Positions 1 to 10,217 are shown, counted from the stretch's first letter. The stretch is 64,000 bases of DNA from Nitrospirota bacterium (GCA_020351835.1 CP070669.1:1286378-1350377), one strand, 5' to 3'. Numbers and translations are program-made. Notes: generated from the sequence alone by a model not told the origin.

Positions 1-541
1 TTCTGGTCATCACGACCGCGTCCGCTCTTTTGACCTCCGACGACGGCTCCCTTAAAGTCCCGGCGGGGAAAAGCCTCCCGTTACCGAAAGGGTCTATACT
101 GTCCACAAGAAGAATGTCCTTGTCCCTGTGAAGGCTCCAGTGTTGATAACCGTCATCAATGATGAAAAGGTCTGCATTTTCTGAGAGAAGACTGCCTTCA
201 TACCTGTTTGCAGACTTGATTATCTCTACCCCTTTAAGCCTTTCGGCCATCAGAAAAGCCTCATCTCCGGCATCGAACGGGCTGCAGAGGGGACCATTGC
301 CCTTGCTCACGATCATGGGTTTCTTAACCTTGCCCTTGTACCCTCTTGTCAGCACACATGGCTTAAACCCTCTCTTAAGTGCCTCTTCGGCTATCGCTAT
401 CACAGCCGGGGTCTTTCCGGTTCCTCCGAGAGTGAGGTTGCCGACGCTTATAACAGGATGGTCCAGGCGTTTCTTCTTATAAGTCTTATACGCCCTGGAT
501 ATCCTGTAACCAATGTAGTATGCGGCTTCGATCGCTTTCAT
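1..541 (-). CDS. lpxK: Tetraacyldisaccharide 4'-kinase LpxK, N-terminal part (gene runs off the left edge)
   Basis: Not in the ORF track because there is no stop in the window. Reverse translation from ATG at 541-539 gives MKAIEAAYYIGYRISRAYKTYKKKRLDHPVISVGNLTLGGTGKTPAVIAIAEEALKRGFK..., which contains the LpxK P-loop GNLxxGGTGKTP. The start lies directly after the waaA stop. Confidence 0.8.
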   Translation of the reverse strand, partial: MKAIEAAYYIGYRISRAYKTYKKKRLDHPVISVGNLTLGGTGKTPAVIAIAEEALKRGFKPCVLTRGYKGKVKKPMIVSKGNGPLCSPFDAGDEAFLMAERLKGVEIIKSANRYEGSLLSENADLFIIDDGYQHWSLHRDKDILLVDSIDPFGNGRLFPAGTLREPSSEVKRADAVVMTR

Positions 542-542
542 A

Positions 543-1793
543 TTATATATTTTTCAGATATGGCTCCAGAATGTTAAGAGCCTTCTTAACGGCACCGCCG
601 TTTTCGGCAAAGACCTTATGGGCATTTTTACCAATAACTTCCCTCGATTCCTGCGAACCAAGAAGCTCAGTTAATATATCATACAAGCTGTCCCTATCAG
701 CAATCCTTATAGCTTGTTTATCCTCAAAATCCTTTGTAAGAGGAAAGTTGTTCATGTAAGGTCCACAGATTATCGGCTTCGACCAGTAAGCCGCCTCGAA
801 GAGATTGTGTCCTCCTATCGGCACGAAACTCCCACATATTATGCATATATCAGCCGCGGCGTACGATCCGGCCAGTTCGCCCAGAACATTAAGCAATATG
901 ATCTCACCTTTGATCTTTCCATTTTCCTTCCCGAGAGAGGCCCTAGTAACGAACCTGTGATCCCTTTCCTTTAATAGTTGTTCTACCGCACTGAACCTCT
1001 GAGGGTGGCGAGGAGCTATGATAAGGTTGATATCGTCGAACTTATTCTGCAGTCTTTCATACACATCAAGCATCATTGACTCTTCGCCCTCATGAGTGCT
1101 GCCGGCTACTATGGTCTTTCCTTCAAGCCTCTCGGTCCACTCCGGGGCTCTCAGAGACCCCTTAATATCAAACTTGAAATTACCCGTGATCTTTACTTTG
1201 TCACTTTGCATCCCCATACTGATCATCCTGCCACGGTCCTGTTCTGTCTGTACCCCGGCCATCTCGACCGTGCTGAAGAGCTTCTTTAGAAGGTACCGTA
1301 TCCTCATATACCTCGGAAAGGACCGGTCTGATATACGACCGTTGAATATGAATATAGGTATTCCCGCCCTGCTCATCGAGCTGAAAAGATTAGGCCATAG
1401 TTCCGTCTCCATGGTAAGGAAGATATCCGGGGCTATTGCCGAGATTGCCCTTTCTATGAAGGTCCGGAGGTCAAAAGGAAGGTATATAATATGTGTACCC
1501 ACCGGCATCCTCTCTTTTGCTATCTGACGGCCGGTATCCGTGACCGTTGAAAGTACAACAGAGCTGTACCCCTCCTTCTGCAGTCCCTCTATAAGGGGCA
1601 GGGCTGCCAGAACCTCTCCTACCGAAACCGCATGGACCCATATGCGAGGTCTGTCTGACCCGCCGATACCACTTATCCTTCCCCTTCTCTCCCTCGACCA
1701 TTGTGCTCTTAGCTCCGCAGGGCGTTTCAGATATTCAAAAGGATATATGACCGATAGTGCAGCCGCATATAATAATGAATATAGAATTATCAT
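543..1793 (-). CDS. waaA: 3-deoxy-D-manno-octulosonic acid (Kdo) transferase
   Basis: 416 aa. Has the N-terminal membrane anchor and the WVHAVSVGE motif typical of KdtA/WaaA. Sits between lpxB and lpxK. Confidence 0.9.
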   Translation of the reverse strand: MIILYSLLYAAALSVIYPFEYLKRPAELRAQWSRERRGRISGIGGSDRPRIWVHAVSVGEVLAALPLIEGLQKEGYSSVVLSTVTDTGRQIAKERMPVGTHIIYLPFDLRTFIERAISAIAPDIFLTMETELWPNLFSSMSRAGIPIFIFNGRISDRSFPRYMRIRYLLKKLFSTVEMAGVQTEQDRGRMISMGMQSDKVKITGNFKFDIKGSLRAPEWTERLEGKTIVAGSTHEGEESMMLDVYERLQNKFDDINLIIAPRHPQRFSAVEQLLKERDHRFVTRASLGKENGKIKGEIILLNVLGELAGSYAAADICIICGSFVPIGGHNLFEAAYWSKPIICGPYMNNFPLTKDFEDKQAIRIADRDSLYDILTELLGSQESREVIGKNAHKVFAENGGAVKKALNILEPYLKNI

Positions 1794-1833
1794 GCTTTAT
1801 GAACGTTTCTGATCAGAATCCAGATCTTAATTA

Positions 1834-2412
1834 TCACCTGCCCAAAATACCTTCTTTAAGCCCTTCATTAGGGGGATAAGGTCCAAGCCAGATGGAAAGG
1901 AGTGCCCTCTGGAACATCTCACCATTAATTACGGCCCTCTCCTCCTCATTAATTCTCACATACGTATCAGATCCTAAAATATCTATGACAATACTCTCAC
2001 CCTTTTTTATACTTCTCATCGCTGACTTAAATATATCGATTTCTTTTCTTATGCTCTGATGTTCCCTGAAATTCTTTGTGAAACCATCCTCCCATCCATT
2101 ATTAAGCTTTCCTTCGCCCACATTCCTCGAGAAGGTCATCAAGATCCTTTTGCTGCCTGTGGATGCAATTATCGATCCCGGATCGTTATCCTTTGTTTCA
2201 AGATAAAGCCCCATCACATATACTTTCACTTTAAAGGCAGTTGCCTCCCGGATGCCGACCCCGTTAAGCACAAGTGACCTGCCATCGATGTTCAAAGTAT
2301 CCGGCATCTCTACGCCACCGCGCTTAACGGCCTCAGACATACTCGTTATGCTCAGAATTATGAACAAGATTACAGTTAATTCCATGACCCGTCTTATTGA
2401 TGTTATGCTCAT
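1834..2412 (-). CDS. Chalcone-isomerase-like (Chalcone_3-type) secreted protein
   Basis: 192 aa with an N-terminal signal-like segment. The core LNGVGIREATAFKVKVYVMGLYL resembles the bacterial chalcone isomerase-like family. Its ATG overlaps the lpxB stop (ATGA at 2409-2412). Confidence 0.55.
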   Translation of the reverse strand: MSITSIRRVMELTVILFIILSITSMSEAVKRGGVEMPDTLNIDGRSLVLNGVGIREATAFKVKVYVMGLYLETKDNDPGSIIASTGSKRILMTFSRNVGEGKLNNGWEDGFTKNFREHQSIRKEIDIFKSAMRSIKKGESIVIDILGSDTYVRINEEERAVINGEMFQRALLSIWLGPYPPNEGLKEGILGR

Positions 2413-3545
2413 TCCCAGCCTCCCAGTTCTCCTATTATAATACTGACCCTTTCTGATGCATTCTTATTAGCAAAGAGCCCCCTGACCTTCCTGAAATTAT
2501 CTATCATCCACTGCCTGGTGTTGTCATCGCTTGCCGCCCTCTTTAGCTCGTTATAGATGTCTCCCGGGTTGGCCTTCCCCTGCAGCATCTCTTTAATGAT
2601 CTCCTCGTCCATCATTATGTTCACAAGGTTTATGAACTTTACGTCTATGATCATCTTACCCAGCCAGAAGGACAACGGGAACATCTTATACATAACGACG
2701 AGGGGTATCTCAAGCAGTGCTGCCTGAAGTGCTGCAGTTCCTGAAGCCACAAGGGCAAGGTCGGATGAAGATAGGACCTTAACAGCATCCCCCCGAACAA
2801 GTTTAACCCCTTTGTATGAAAGCCCGTTTAACTGCTTACTGTATTTATCTCTGTCGATACTAAGTGCGATCGGCATTATAAACTGATATCCGGAGTCATC
2901 CCTCCTGAAAAGGTCGACCACACCTTCAACTACGGGCAGGAGCCTCTTCATCTCTGAGTCCCTGCTGCCGGGGAGTAGTGCAAGACAGGGTGTATCCGGC
3001 CTCAGGCCGAGCTGTTCCTTTATAAATTCCTTGCTTCCCTTTATCATCTCAATCTCTTCAACTATAGGATGGCCAACGAACTCGCAGGGCATTTCTGTAT
3101 CCTTATAGTAATCGACCTCAAAGGGAAGAATGACAGCCATACGGTCTACGAGCTCAGCTATTGTATGAACACGTTTCCTTCTCCACGCCCATACCTGAGG
3201 ACTTACATAATACAAGATCTTTATGCCGGAATGTTTTACGGCCCTTGCTACCTTTATATTGAAGTCGGGAAAATCTACAAGTACAAGAACATCGGGCTTC
3301 TCGTTCAATAAATGGTTAACAACACTGTTAAAAGTATCCCTGATCTTCTGCAGTTTTGAGACAAGCTCGAACAATCCGAAGGCACCGCTTATCTCGGATA
3401 TAAGCTCTACGCCCTCGCGCTTCATCATCTCTCCACCTACACCAGCAATGCTGATGTTCTTCCACCGTTCCTTCAGCGCTCGCGCAAGAAGCGACCCATA
3501 TAGCTCTCCGGAGCTTTCTCCTGTCAGGATGAAGACCTTTTTCAT
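2409..3545 (-). CDS. lpxB: Lipid-A-disaccharide synthase
   Basis: The ORF extends to 3587, but the family-typical N-terminus MKKVFILTGESSGELYG starts at 3545. The body is LpxB-like (GT19) throughout. Confidence 0.9.
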   Translation of the reverse strand: MKKVFILTGESSGELYGSLLARALKERWKNISIAGVGGEMMKREGVELISEISGAFGLFELVSKLQKIRDTFNSVVNHLLNEKPDVLVLVDFPDFNIKVARAVKHSGIKILYYVSPQVWAWRRKRVHTIAELVDRMAVILPFEVDYYKDTEMPCEFVGHPIVEEIEMIKGSKEFIKEQLGLRPDTPCLALLPGSRDSEMKRLLPVVEGVVDLFRRDDSGYQFIMPIALSIDRDKYSKQLNGLSYKGVKLVRGDAVKVLSSSDLALVASGTAALQAALLEIPLVVMYKMFPLSFWLGKMIIDVKFINLVNIMMDEEIIKEMLQGKANPGDIYNELKRAASDDNTRQWMIDNFRKVRGLFANKNASERVSIIIGELGGWE

Positions 3546-3561
3546 TGTCCAATAAAGAGGC

Positions 3562-4662
3562 TCAGCATGAGGATTGCTTGATAACACTGCACACTTTTTC
3601 TATAGCATCTTTCTTCAGCTCAGGATACATCGGAAGTGACAGTACCTCTTTTGCTGCCTTCTCGGCCTCAGGGAAATCCCCTGCTTTATAACCAAGGAAC
3701 TTCACCGCCTTCTGGAGATGCATCGGGATCGGGTAGTAAACAACTGATGAGATCCCACCCTCATTCAGCCTCTCCTGCATGCTGTTCCTCTCCGGACATC
3801 TGATCGTATACTGATGGTAAACATGCCTGTAACCGTCCTCTTCAGACGGGCATTTCAGGTCTCCGGAAAGGAGGTCAGTGTATATAGAGGCATTATTCCT
3901 TCTTTTGTCATTGTAGTCGTCTATTTTCTTGAGCTTAACAAGAAGTATCGCCGCCTGTATCTCATCAAGCCTGCTGTTAACGCCTATGGTTTCATGAACG
4001 TATGTTGACGAAGATCCGTGGTTCCTCAGGGTTCTTACTTCAGAGACGAACGCGGGGTCTGAGGTAACGATCATACCGCCATCACCGTAACACCCCAGGT
4101 TCTTGCTCGGATAAAAACTGAAACACCCGGCCTGGCCATAGCTACCCGCCTTCTTGCCATTGATATCTGCTCCGAACGCCTGGGCGGCGTCCTCGACAAT
4201 AATAAGCCCTCGATCATCTGCGATCTTCTTTATCTCATCCATGTTACACGGATAACCGTACAGATGGACCGGTACTATTGCCTTGGTCCTTTCGGTAACC
4301 GCACTTTCTATCCTTGAGGGATCAATATTGAACGTACGTGGATCGATGTCAACGAACACAGGCCTGGCCCCGCAATAAAGTATGGCCTCTACCGTGGCGA
4401 AGAACGTAAAGGGCGTTGTTATGACCTCATCATCCTTGCCCACGCCGGAGGCACGCAGTGAAAGATATAAAGCATCAGTTCCGGAAGCTACTCCTATGCC
4501 GTAAGATGTCCCCGTATAATCCGCTATCTTCTCCTCCAGCTCCGTAACATGTGGGCCGAGCACATACCGTGTACTGCCAAGGACGGTCTCAGTAAGCCTC
4601 ATGACCTCTTCCTTTATCTCGTCAAACTGCTCTTTCAGGTCCACCATAGGTATCATGTTCAA
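3562..4662 (-). CDS. DegT/DnrJ/EryC1-family PLP aminotransferase, GnnB-like (UDP-3-keto-GlcNAc transaminase candidate)
   Basis: 366 aa with a sugar aminotransferase fold (GVASGTDALYLSL, FYPSKNLGCYGDGG). Lies immediately upstream of lpxB and downstream of a Gfo/Idh/MocA oxidoreductase. Confidence 0.75.
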   Translation of the reverse strand: MNMIPMVDLKEQFDEIKEEVMRLTETVLGSTRYVLGPHVTELEEKIADYTGTSYGIGVASGTDALYLSLRASGVGKDDEVITTPFTFFATVEAILYCGARPVFVDIDPRTFNIDPSRIESAVTERTKAIVPVHLYGYPCNMDEIKKIADDRGLIIVEDAAQAFGADINGKKAGSYGQAGCFSFYPSKNLGCYGDGGMIVTSDPAFVSEVRTLRNHGSSSTYVHETIGVNSRLDEIQAAILLVKLKKIDDYNDKRRNNASIYTDLLSGDLKCPSEEDGYRHVYHQYTIRCPERNSMQERLNEGGISSVVYYPIPMHLQKAVKFLGYKAGDFPEAEKAAKEVLSLPMYPELKKDAIEKVCSVIKQSSC

Positions 4663-5657
4663 TTACTCCCCTTTAACTGTTCTGTTATCTGAAGCGCTAC
4701 TTTAAGCGCATTACGTGCTTCTTCACCCGACACTACGGGTCTTTCGCGGGTCTCTATGCATTCCACAAAGCTTATAAGCTCCTCAAGAAGCGGTTCCCTG
4801 TCATCAGGCTTAATTACATCATGCATTATCTTGTTCGACCCGGTCTTATAATGCCTCTTGATCATTCCTTCCTGATAATCTATCACAAGGTGAGAATCCC
4901 GCTGAAAGATCTTCAGCTTTCTCGATTTTCCCTGGGATAACCTCCCTGCAGATATCAGCGCTGACACACCATTGTCAAAATCTATCCATGCCTTGGCAAC
5001 ATCTATATTGTCGCTCATTACCGATGTCCCCACCGCACTTACTCTCTTCGGTTCCGACCGTGCAAGTGAAAGGATTATATCTATGTCATGTATCATCAGG
5101 TCAAGTGTGACATCGATACCTGCGGCTCTCTCAAGAAAAGGAGAAAGCCTTTCGGACTCGAAGAACTGTGGTTCCGTAAGGTACTGATGCACCGCCAGTA
5201 CAGCCGGATTGAACCTTTCCAAGTGGCCAACCTGCAGGATCAGATCCCTTTTATGCGCCTCGGAAATTATGTGGTCGGCTTCCTCGACCGTTACCGTTAT
5301 GGGCTTTTCTACCAGTATGTCTTTTCCCTGCTCGATACATTCCATGGCTATATTATGATGGGCCTGTGTAGGGGCGACTATACTTAGAGCATCGCAATTG
5401 CTGATCAGTTCTGACATGTCAGTGAATGGCTTACAGCCATATTGCTCCGCTATTTCGTTGCACCTTCCCGTATCGGTATCGAACACACCGACCAGATCGG
5501 CGCTATCCATTCCGGAGTATATCCGGGCATGATGCTGCCCAAGATAGCCTACACCTATCACACCTGCTTTTACTGGCAACTCTTCTCCATTTTCTTCACA
5601 GTTTATTTGATACTTCTTTGACCTCTTCAAGCTTCTTTGCTGCTTTGCCGGAGTCAA
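4659..5657 (-). CDS. Gfo/Idh/MocA-family NAD-dependent oxidoreductase, GnnA-like
   Basis: Rossmann motif GVIGVGYLGQHH. The ORF-track start (5657) overlaps trpD by about 60 nt. A TTG at 5580 preceded by GGAGAAGAG is the more likely start. There is a 4-nt overlap with the downstream aminotransferase. Confidence 0.75.
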   Translation of the reverse strand: MTPAKQQRSLKRSKKYQINCEENGEELPVKAGVIGVGYLGQHHARIYSGMDSADLVGVFDTDTGRCNEIAEQYGCKPFTDMSELISNCDALSIVAPTQAHHNIAMECIEQGKDILVEKPITVTVEEADHIISEAHKRDLILQVGHLERFNPAVLAVHQYLTEPQFFESERLSPFLERAAGIDVTLDLMIHDIDIILSLARSEPKRVSAVGTSVMSDNIDVAKAWIDFDNGVSALISAGRLSQGKSRKLKIFQRDSHLVIDYQEGMIKRHYKTGSNKIMHDVIKPDDREPLLEELISFVECIETRERPVVSGEEARNALKVALQITEQLKGSN

Positions 5658-6606
5658 TAGAATCAGCGGCTATATTAGTCGCCTCCTTAAGATCGTCCGT
5701 TTTGCCCGCGACAACGATCGCGGCTGCGGCGTTCATGAGCACAATATCCCTCTTCGGCCCCTTCTCCCCGCCAAGGATATCAAGGGTTATCTTTGCATTG
5801 TCATCTCTTGACCCGCCTATTATGGTCTCTCTGGGCTGCCTCTCCATCCCGAAATCCTCAGGTGAGTAATATAAAGTATCAAGCTTGCCTTCCTTGAAAC
5901 GAGATATCCTCGTCCCATCCGTTATCGTGATCTCATCAAGACCGTCCTCTCCATGGACCACCATAACATCATCACAACCAAGATTACCCAATACCTCCGC
6001 AAGGGGCTCAGTGAACCTGTCAGTGAACACACCAACTATCTGCCTCCTTGCTCCCGCCGGGTTAGTTATCGGTCCGAGCACATTAAAGACGGTCCTTATT
6101 CCCATCTCCTTTCTCGGCCCAATGGCATACTTCATTGCAGGGTGGAACATAGGAGCGAAAAGAAAGCCGAATCCGGTCTCGAACAGGCATTTTTCCACCC
6201 CCGGCGGTTCAAGCTGAATGTTGATGCCCAGCGCCTCAAGCACATCGGCACTGCCCGACTGGCTGGACACCGACCTGTTACCGTGCTTGGCTACCGGTAT
6301 CCCGCAGGCCGCCGTAACAAGAGCCACTGTAGTTGATATGTTAAAGGTATGCGACATGTCGCCACCGGTACCACATGTATCCAGTACATCTTCAGGGGCA
6401 TTGATCCTGGACGCCTTTTCTCTCATTATTCTGGCGGCAGCAGTGATCTCCTCGACCGTCTCCCCTTTTATTCTAAGAGCGGTAAGGAACGATCCTATCT
6501 GTGCATCCGTCGCATTTCCCTCCATTATCTCATTCATACAATCGGACATCTCGCTGTCAGACAGGTTTATCCCCTGAACAAGCGAGTTAATAGCTTCCTT
6601 GATCAT
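5596..6606 (-). CDS. trpD: Anthranilate phosphoribosyltransferase
   Basis: 336 aa with CGTGGD and HGNRSVSS motifs. Follows trpG. Confidence 0.92.
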   Translation of the reverse strand: MIKEAINSLVQGINLSDSEMSDCMNEIMEGNATDAQIGSFLTALRIKGETVEEITAAARIMREKASRINAPEDVLDTCGTGGDMSHTFNISTTVALVTAACGIPVAKHGNRSVSSQSGSADVLEALGINIQLEPPGVEKCLFETGFGFLFAPMFHPAMKYAIGPRKEMGIRTVFNVLGPITNPAGARRQIVGVFTDRFTEPLAEVLGNLGCDDVMVVHGEDGLDEITITDGTRISRFKEGKLDTLYYSPEDFGMERQPRETIIGGSRDDNAKITLDILGGEKGPKRDIVLMNAAAAIVVAGKTDDLKEATNIAADSIDSGKAAKKLEEVKEVSNKL

Positions 6607-7178
6607 TATTTCCCTCCAAGTTCAATAAAGTTTCTCAGAATATCCTTACCCGGACTTGTAAGTATCGACTCCGGATGGAACTGCAGTCCCTCCATGATCA
6701 CCTCTTTATGCCTTATGCCCATGATCTCGCCATCAGCTGTCCATGCAGATACCTCATAACAGTCCGGCAGAGTATCTTTCTTGATAACCAGGGAATGGTA
6801 CCTTGTTGCTTCGAACGGGTTCTCAATTCCCCTGAAGACTGTCCTTCCATCATGCTCTATGATCGATGTCTTACCATGCATAAGCGTAGCAGCGTTTACT
6901 ATCACGGCACCGAACGCCGCGGCTATCGACTGATGCCCCAGACAGACACCAAGTATGGGCACCTTGCCAGCAAAATGCCTTGCAACCTCCATTGATATCC
7001 CTGCTTCATTAGGAGTACAAGGTCCAGGTGATATCACTATCCTGTCGGGCGAGAGCTTCTCTATCTCTTCTACAGTTATCCTGTCGTTCCTGAACACCCT
7101 GATGTCCTCACCTAGCTCACCGAGATACTGGACCAGATTATAAGTAAAGGAGTCATAGTTATCGATCATTAAAAGCAT
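6606..7178 (-). CDS. trpG: Anthranilate synthase component II (glutamine amidotransferase)
   Basis: 190 aa class-I GATase (GVCLGHQ, FHPES). Overlaps trpE and trpD by 1 nt each. Confidence 0.9.
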   Translation of the reverse strand: MLLMIDNYDSFTYNLVQYLGELGEDIRVFRNDRITVEEIEKLSPDRIVISPGPCTPNEAGISMEVARHFAGKVPILGVCLGHQSIAAAFGAVIVNAATLMHGKTSIIEHDGRTVFRGIENPFEATRYHSLVIKKDTLPDCYEVSAWTADGEIMGIRHKEVIMEGLQFHPESILTSPGKDILRNFIELGGK

Positions 7179-8659
7179 CAGTCTATACCCTCCTCTGCCA
7201 TCTCAACAGCTCTCATCATTCCCATTGCCTTGTTCACGGTCTCCTTATACTCAAGCTCAGGATCAGAGTCCGCAACGATACCGGCCCCCGCCTGAACATA
7301 TATTTTACCATCCTTATGGACAAGTGTCCTTATGGTGATACACATGTCCATATTACCCGAGAAACCGAAGTAGCCCACCGCTCCGGCATAGGGGCCTCTC
7401 CTTACCGGTTCAAGCTCCTCTATTATCTCCATTGCCCTTATCTTGGGAGCTCCGGTCACCGTTCCCGCGGGGAAGCATGCCGCTACCACGTCAAAGATAT
7501 CCTTGCCGCTCTCCAACTTACCTACCACATTTGAGACTATATGCATAACATGGCTGTATCTCTCAATGTACATCAGGTCCGTCACCTTGACCGATCCGGT
7601 CTCGGCTACCCTTCCGACATCATTCCTTCCAAGATCGACCAGCATTATATGCTCGGCCTTTTCCTTTGGGTCGCTCATGAGTTCCTCTTCCATATTGAGG
7701 TCTTCCTGCTCGGTCCTTCCTCTCCGCCTCGTCCCGGCTATTGGACGCAGTACGATATCACCGTCTTCCACCCTGACCAGTATCTCAGGCGATGAACCTA
7801 TTATCTCTGCGTCCCCTGTATTAATGAAGAACATGTACGGTGAGGGATTTATCAGCCTCAGCGCCCGGTATATGCTGAAAGGATCTGTCCTGCATTCTCT
7901 CTGGAACCTCTGCGAGATGACGACCTGTACGACATCCCCGGAAACAACATAGTCCTTTGACCTCTTTACAGCTTCCATGAACTCTTCCTTGCTCGAAAAG
8001 GATGATACGAACTCATCTTTTCCCTCTCCTGCGTCGGCAATATCGATGAAGGATGCTTTTCCTGACTTCAGCTTCTCTACTATATTTTCTATCTTCTTTA
8101 CAGCATCGTTATAAGCTTTTTCGATATCCTTGCCCTCTGTAAAAACGTTAGACACGACCTTTATCTTCTGTTTAAGACTGTCAAATATCAGTATCGTATC
8201 GGCCAGCATGAAATAGATATCGGACATATCCACGCCTTTCTTGCCATCATCAGGTATGTCCTCAAAATACCTTACGCAGTCGTACCCGAAGTACCCGACA
8301 AGACCCCCGCAGAACCTGGGCAGTTCCTTGATCACTACAGGATCGAACTTCTCGAGCTCGGACTTTAATACCCCGATGGGATCATCTGTCTCGATCACGG
8401 TCACTTTGCCATTCTCATCAGTGACCTTTACTTCCTTGTCCGAGCCGCTGATTATCTTAGACGGATGGAGTCCGATGAAGGAATATCTTGCCCATTTCTC
8501 GCCACCCTCAACGCTCTCAAGGAGAAACGACGGCGAAGAAGAAAGTTTAAGATATGCCGAAACGGGTGTCTCCGTATCAGCGAGCACCTCCCTGTAGACA
8601 GGGACAAGATTTCCTGTCTTGCAGAGCTCTTTGAACGTATTGATGTCAGGGGATATCAT
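7178..8659 (-). CDS. trpE: Anthranilate synthase component I
   Basis: 493 aa chorismate-binding enzyme ([27 protein letters not shown]). Confidence 0.92.
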   Translation of the reverse strand: MISPDINTFKELCKTGNLVPVYREVLADTETPVSAYLKLSSSPSFLLESVEGGEKWARYSFIGLHPSKIISGSDKEVKVTDENGKVTVIETDDPIGVLKSELEKFDPVVIKELPRFCGGLVGYFGYDCVRYFEDIPDDGKKGVDMSDIYFMLADTILIFDSLKQKIKVVSNVFTEGKDIEKAYNDAVKKIENIVEKLKSGKASFIDIADAGEGKDEFVSSFSSKEEFMEAVKRSKDYVVSGDVVQVVISQRFQRECRTDPFSIYRALRLINPSPYMFFINTGDAEIIGSSPEILVRVEDGDIVLRPIAGTRRRGRTEQEDLNMEEELMSDPKEKAEHIMLVDLGRNDVGRVAETGSVKVTDLMYIERYSHVMHIVSNVVGKLESGKDIFDVVAACFPAGTVTGAPKIRAMEIIEELEPVRRGPYAGAVGYFGFSGNMDMCITIRTLVHKDGKIYVQAGAGIVADSDPELEYKETVNKAMGMMRAVEMAEEGID

Positions 8660-8698
8660 GTTGACAAAATATTCGTCTTTTATTTACTATGACTTACG

Positions 8699-8707
8699 AT
8701 TATACCA
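8699..8707 (-). promoter_or_regulatory. Possible extended -10 element (TGGTATAAT) upstream of trpE
   Basis: The minus strand reads TGGTATAAT about 40 nt upstream of the trpE ATG. No convincing -35 was found. Confidence 0.3.
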
Positions 8708-8749
8708 TATCGGTTTAATTAAAACCTTTTGTTATGTTTAGCTTTTTTC

Positions 8750-8825
8750 GCGGGCGTAGCTCAGCTGGTAGAGCACAACCTTGCCAAGGTTGGGGTCGCG
8801 AGTTCGAATCTCGTCGCCCGCTCCA
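8750..8825 (+). tRNA. tRNA-Gly (anticodon GCC)
   Basis: Hand-folded cloverleaf: acceptor GCGGGCG/CGCCCGC, D arm GCTC-AGCTGGTA-GAGC, anticodon arm CAACC-TTGCCAA-GGTTG, T arm GCGAG-TTCGAAT-CTCGT, encoded CCA. Confidence 0.95.
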
Positions 8826-8916
8826 TAAAGAGTAGATCAGGGGTCAGTAGTCGGGCTTAAATTTGTATAAATATGAGCAACAACCGACATCTGGTTTCTG
8901 ATTTTTTTATCTATAA

Positions 8917-8992
8917 GGCGGCGTACCCAAGTGGCTAAGGGAGAGGTCTGCAAAACCTTTATGCGCCGGTTCAAATCCGGCCGCCGCCTCCA
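8917..8992 (+). tRNA. tRNA-Cys (anticodon GCA)
   Basis: 76 nt. Acceptor GGCGGCG/CGCCGCC, anticodon loop CTGCAAA with GCA at positions 34-36, T arm GCCGG-TTCAAAT-CCGGC, U73 discriminator, A13:A22 mismatch typical of tRNA-Cys, encoded CCA. Confidence 0.93.
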
Positions 8993-9125
8993 TCCTTTTC
9001 TTCTCTTAAATATCACCGGACCGGTATAATTTGGTCTTTTATCTCCCATTGACAGTCCCTGGTGCCAGGCATATAATCAAACAATAGCAGTCGTCATGAC
9101 TATTCTGAAAACTGGAGGCAACAAA

Positions 9126-9797
9126 ATGTCTAAGAAGAAGGATAACGAACAAAAACCCATGATAGCGGCGCTTCCGAACGGTCCATATTACTACTTCACA
9201 GATTTCGAACCCAAACCGATCGATGGTCTTACAAACTCAAAGGGAGAAACATTGAGCAACCTTAAGGGTACTGCCCTATGCCGTTGCGGGGCCTCTGACA
9301 ATAAACCCTTCTGCGTGGGTGCACATTCTAAGATTGGATTCAGCGACAGGAAAGAGACCGATGGCCATCTCGATAAACGGATCGACTATGTCGGTAACGA
9401 AGTGACGATCCATGACAACAGAGGCATCTGTTCACACGTAGGATACTGTACTGACAACCTCCCCTCTGTATTCAAGCTTGATGAAGAACCATGGATAGAC
9501 CCTAACGGCGCATCAAAAGATGAGATAATAGAGACTATCAAGAAGTGCCCCTCAGGCGCTTTAAGCTATTCCGTCAGCGGCAAGGAACACCGCGACCAGG
9601 ACCGCGATCCTCTTATAACGGCATCTAAGAACGGACCATATTTCGTAACAGGATGGGTAGTCATGACCGAAGCGAAGGAAAGGGCAGAGAAAGTATCTGA
9701 AGAGCATTTTACACTTTGCAGGTGCGGAAGCTCCAAGAACAAGCCCTTCTGCGACGGCACCCACTGGTCAATAGGATTTAAGGATGAGAAGAACTGA
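9126..9797 (+). CDS. CDGSH-type iron-sulfur protein with a central divergent 4Fe-4S mono-cluster domain
   Basis: Two CDGSH-like motifs (CRCGASDNKPFCVGAHS, CRCGSSKNKPFCDGTHW) flank a ferredoxin-like ICSHVGYC...CPSGAL segment. A GGAGG sits before the ATG at 9126; the ORF track starts at 9096. Confidence 0.8.
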   Translation: MSKKKDNEQKPMIAALPNGPYYYFTDFEPKPIDGLTNSKGETLSNLKGTALCRCGASDNKPFCVGAHSKIGFSDRKETDGHLDKRIDYVGNEVTIHDNRGICSHVGYCTDNLPSVFKLDEEPWIDPNGASKDEIIETIKKCPSGALSYSVSGKEHRDQDRDPLITASKNGPYFVTGWVVMTEAKERAEKVSEEHFTLCRCGSSKNKPFCDGTHWSIGFKDEKN

Positions 9798-9914
9798 AGC
9801 AGGTCTTGCTAAGGTCTATAATCTTGCAGAAGTGAGGTATTCTGGTTGAGTACTTCAATTTAATTTTCCACAGAATATCGTTTAATTCAGGAAGAATAGT
9901 TCTATTTAATGATC

Positions 9915-10217
9915 TTACTTCGAGTTGCTAAGTATGTAGTTAATGGCGTCTTTAAGTTCAGCATCAGTACAATCATTGCATCCACCTTTTGGCGGCATAA
10001 TGCCAACACCTTTTTTTACATGACTCAACATGTGACCTAAACCACTCTTCTTATGAGACTCCCAATCAGCCGCCTTTCCAAACCTTGGAGCTCCACCCAC
10101 ACCAGTCCCATGACATGAAGCACACTTAGATTCATATATTTGTTTTCCGGTCCGCTCCGCCATTGCTGGAACCGTAATAAATAGAATAAGCAATATTATT
10201 AGTATTATCGATTTCAT
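9915..10217 (-). CDS. Periplasmic mono-heme cytochrome c (class I, c5-like)
   Basis: 100 aa with a signal peptide ending VPAMA, heme motif CASCHG, distal MPPKGG, and a CNDC pair as in c5-type cytochromes. Confidence 0.85.
   Translation of the reverse strand: MKSIILIILLILFITVPAMAERTGKQIYESKCASCHGTGVGGAPRFGKAADWESHKKSGLGHMLSHVKKGVGIMPPKGGCNDCTDAELKDAINYILSNSK

Noticed and set aside
159-482. 107-aa plus-strand ORF at the left edge
   Set aside because: It is antisense to the clear LpxK N-terminus (P-loop GNLTLGGTGKTP) read on the minus strand.
8837-9049. 70-aa minus-strand ORF
   Set aside because: It overlaps the tRNA-Cys gene, and its product is just the tRNA antisense read as protein.
9915-10217. 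Cytochrome c gene as a horizontally acquired islet (it looks AT-richer with different codon endings)
   Set aside because: This is an impression only. I could not compute composition, the gene is short, and there are no flanking repeats or mobility genes.
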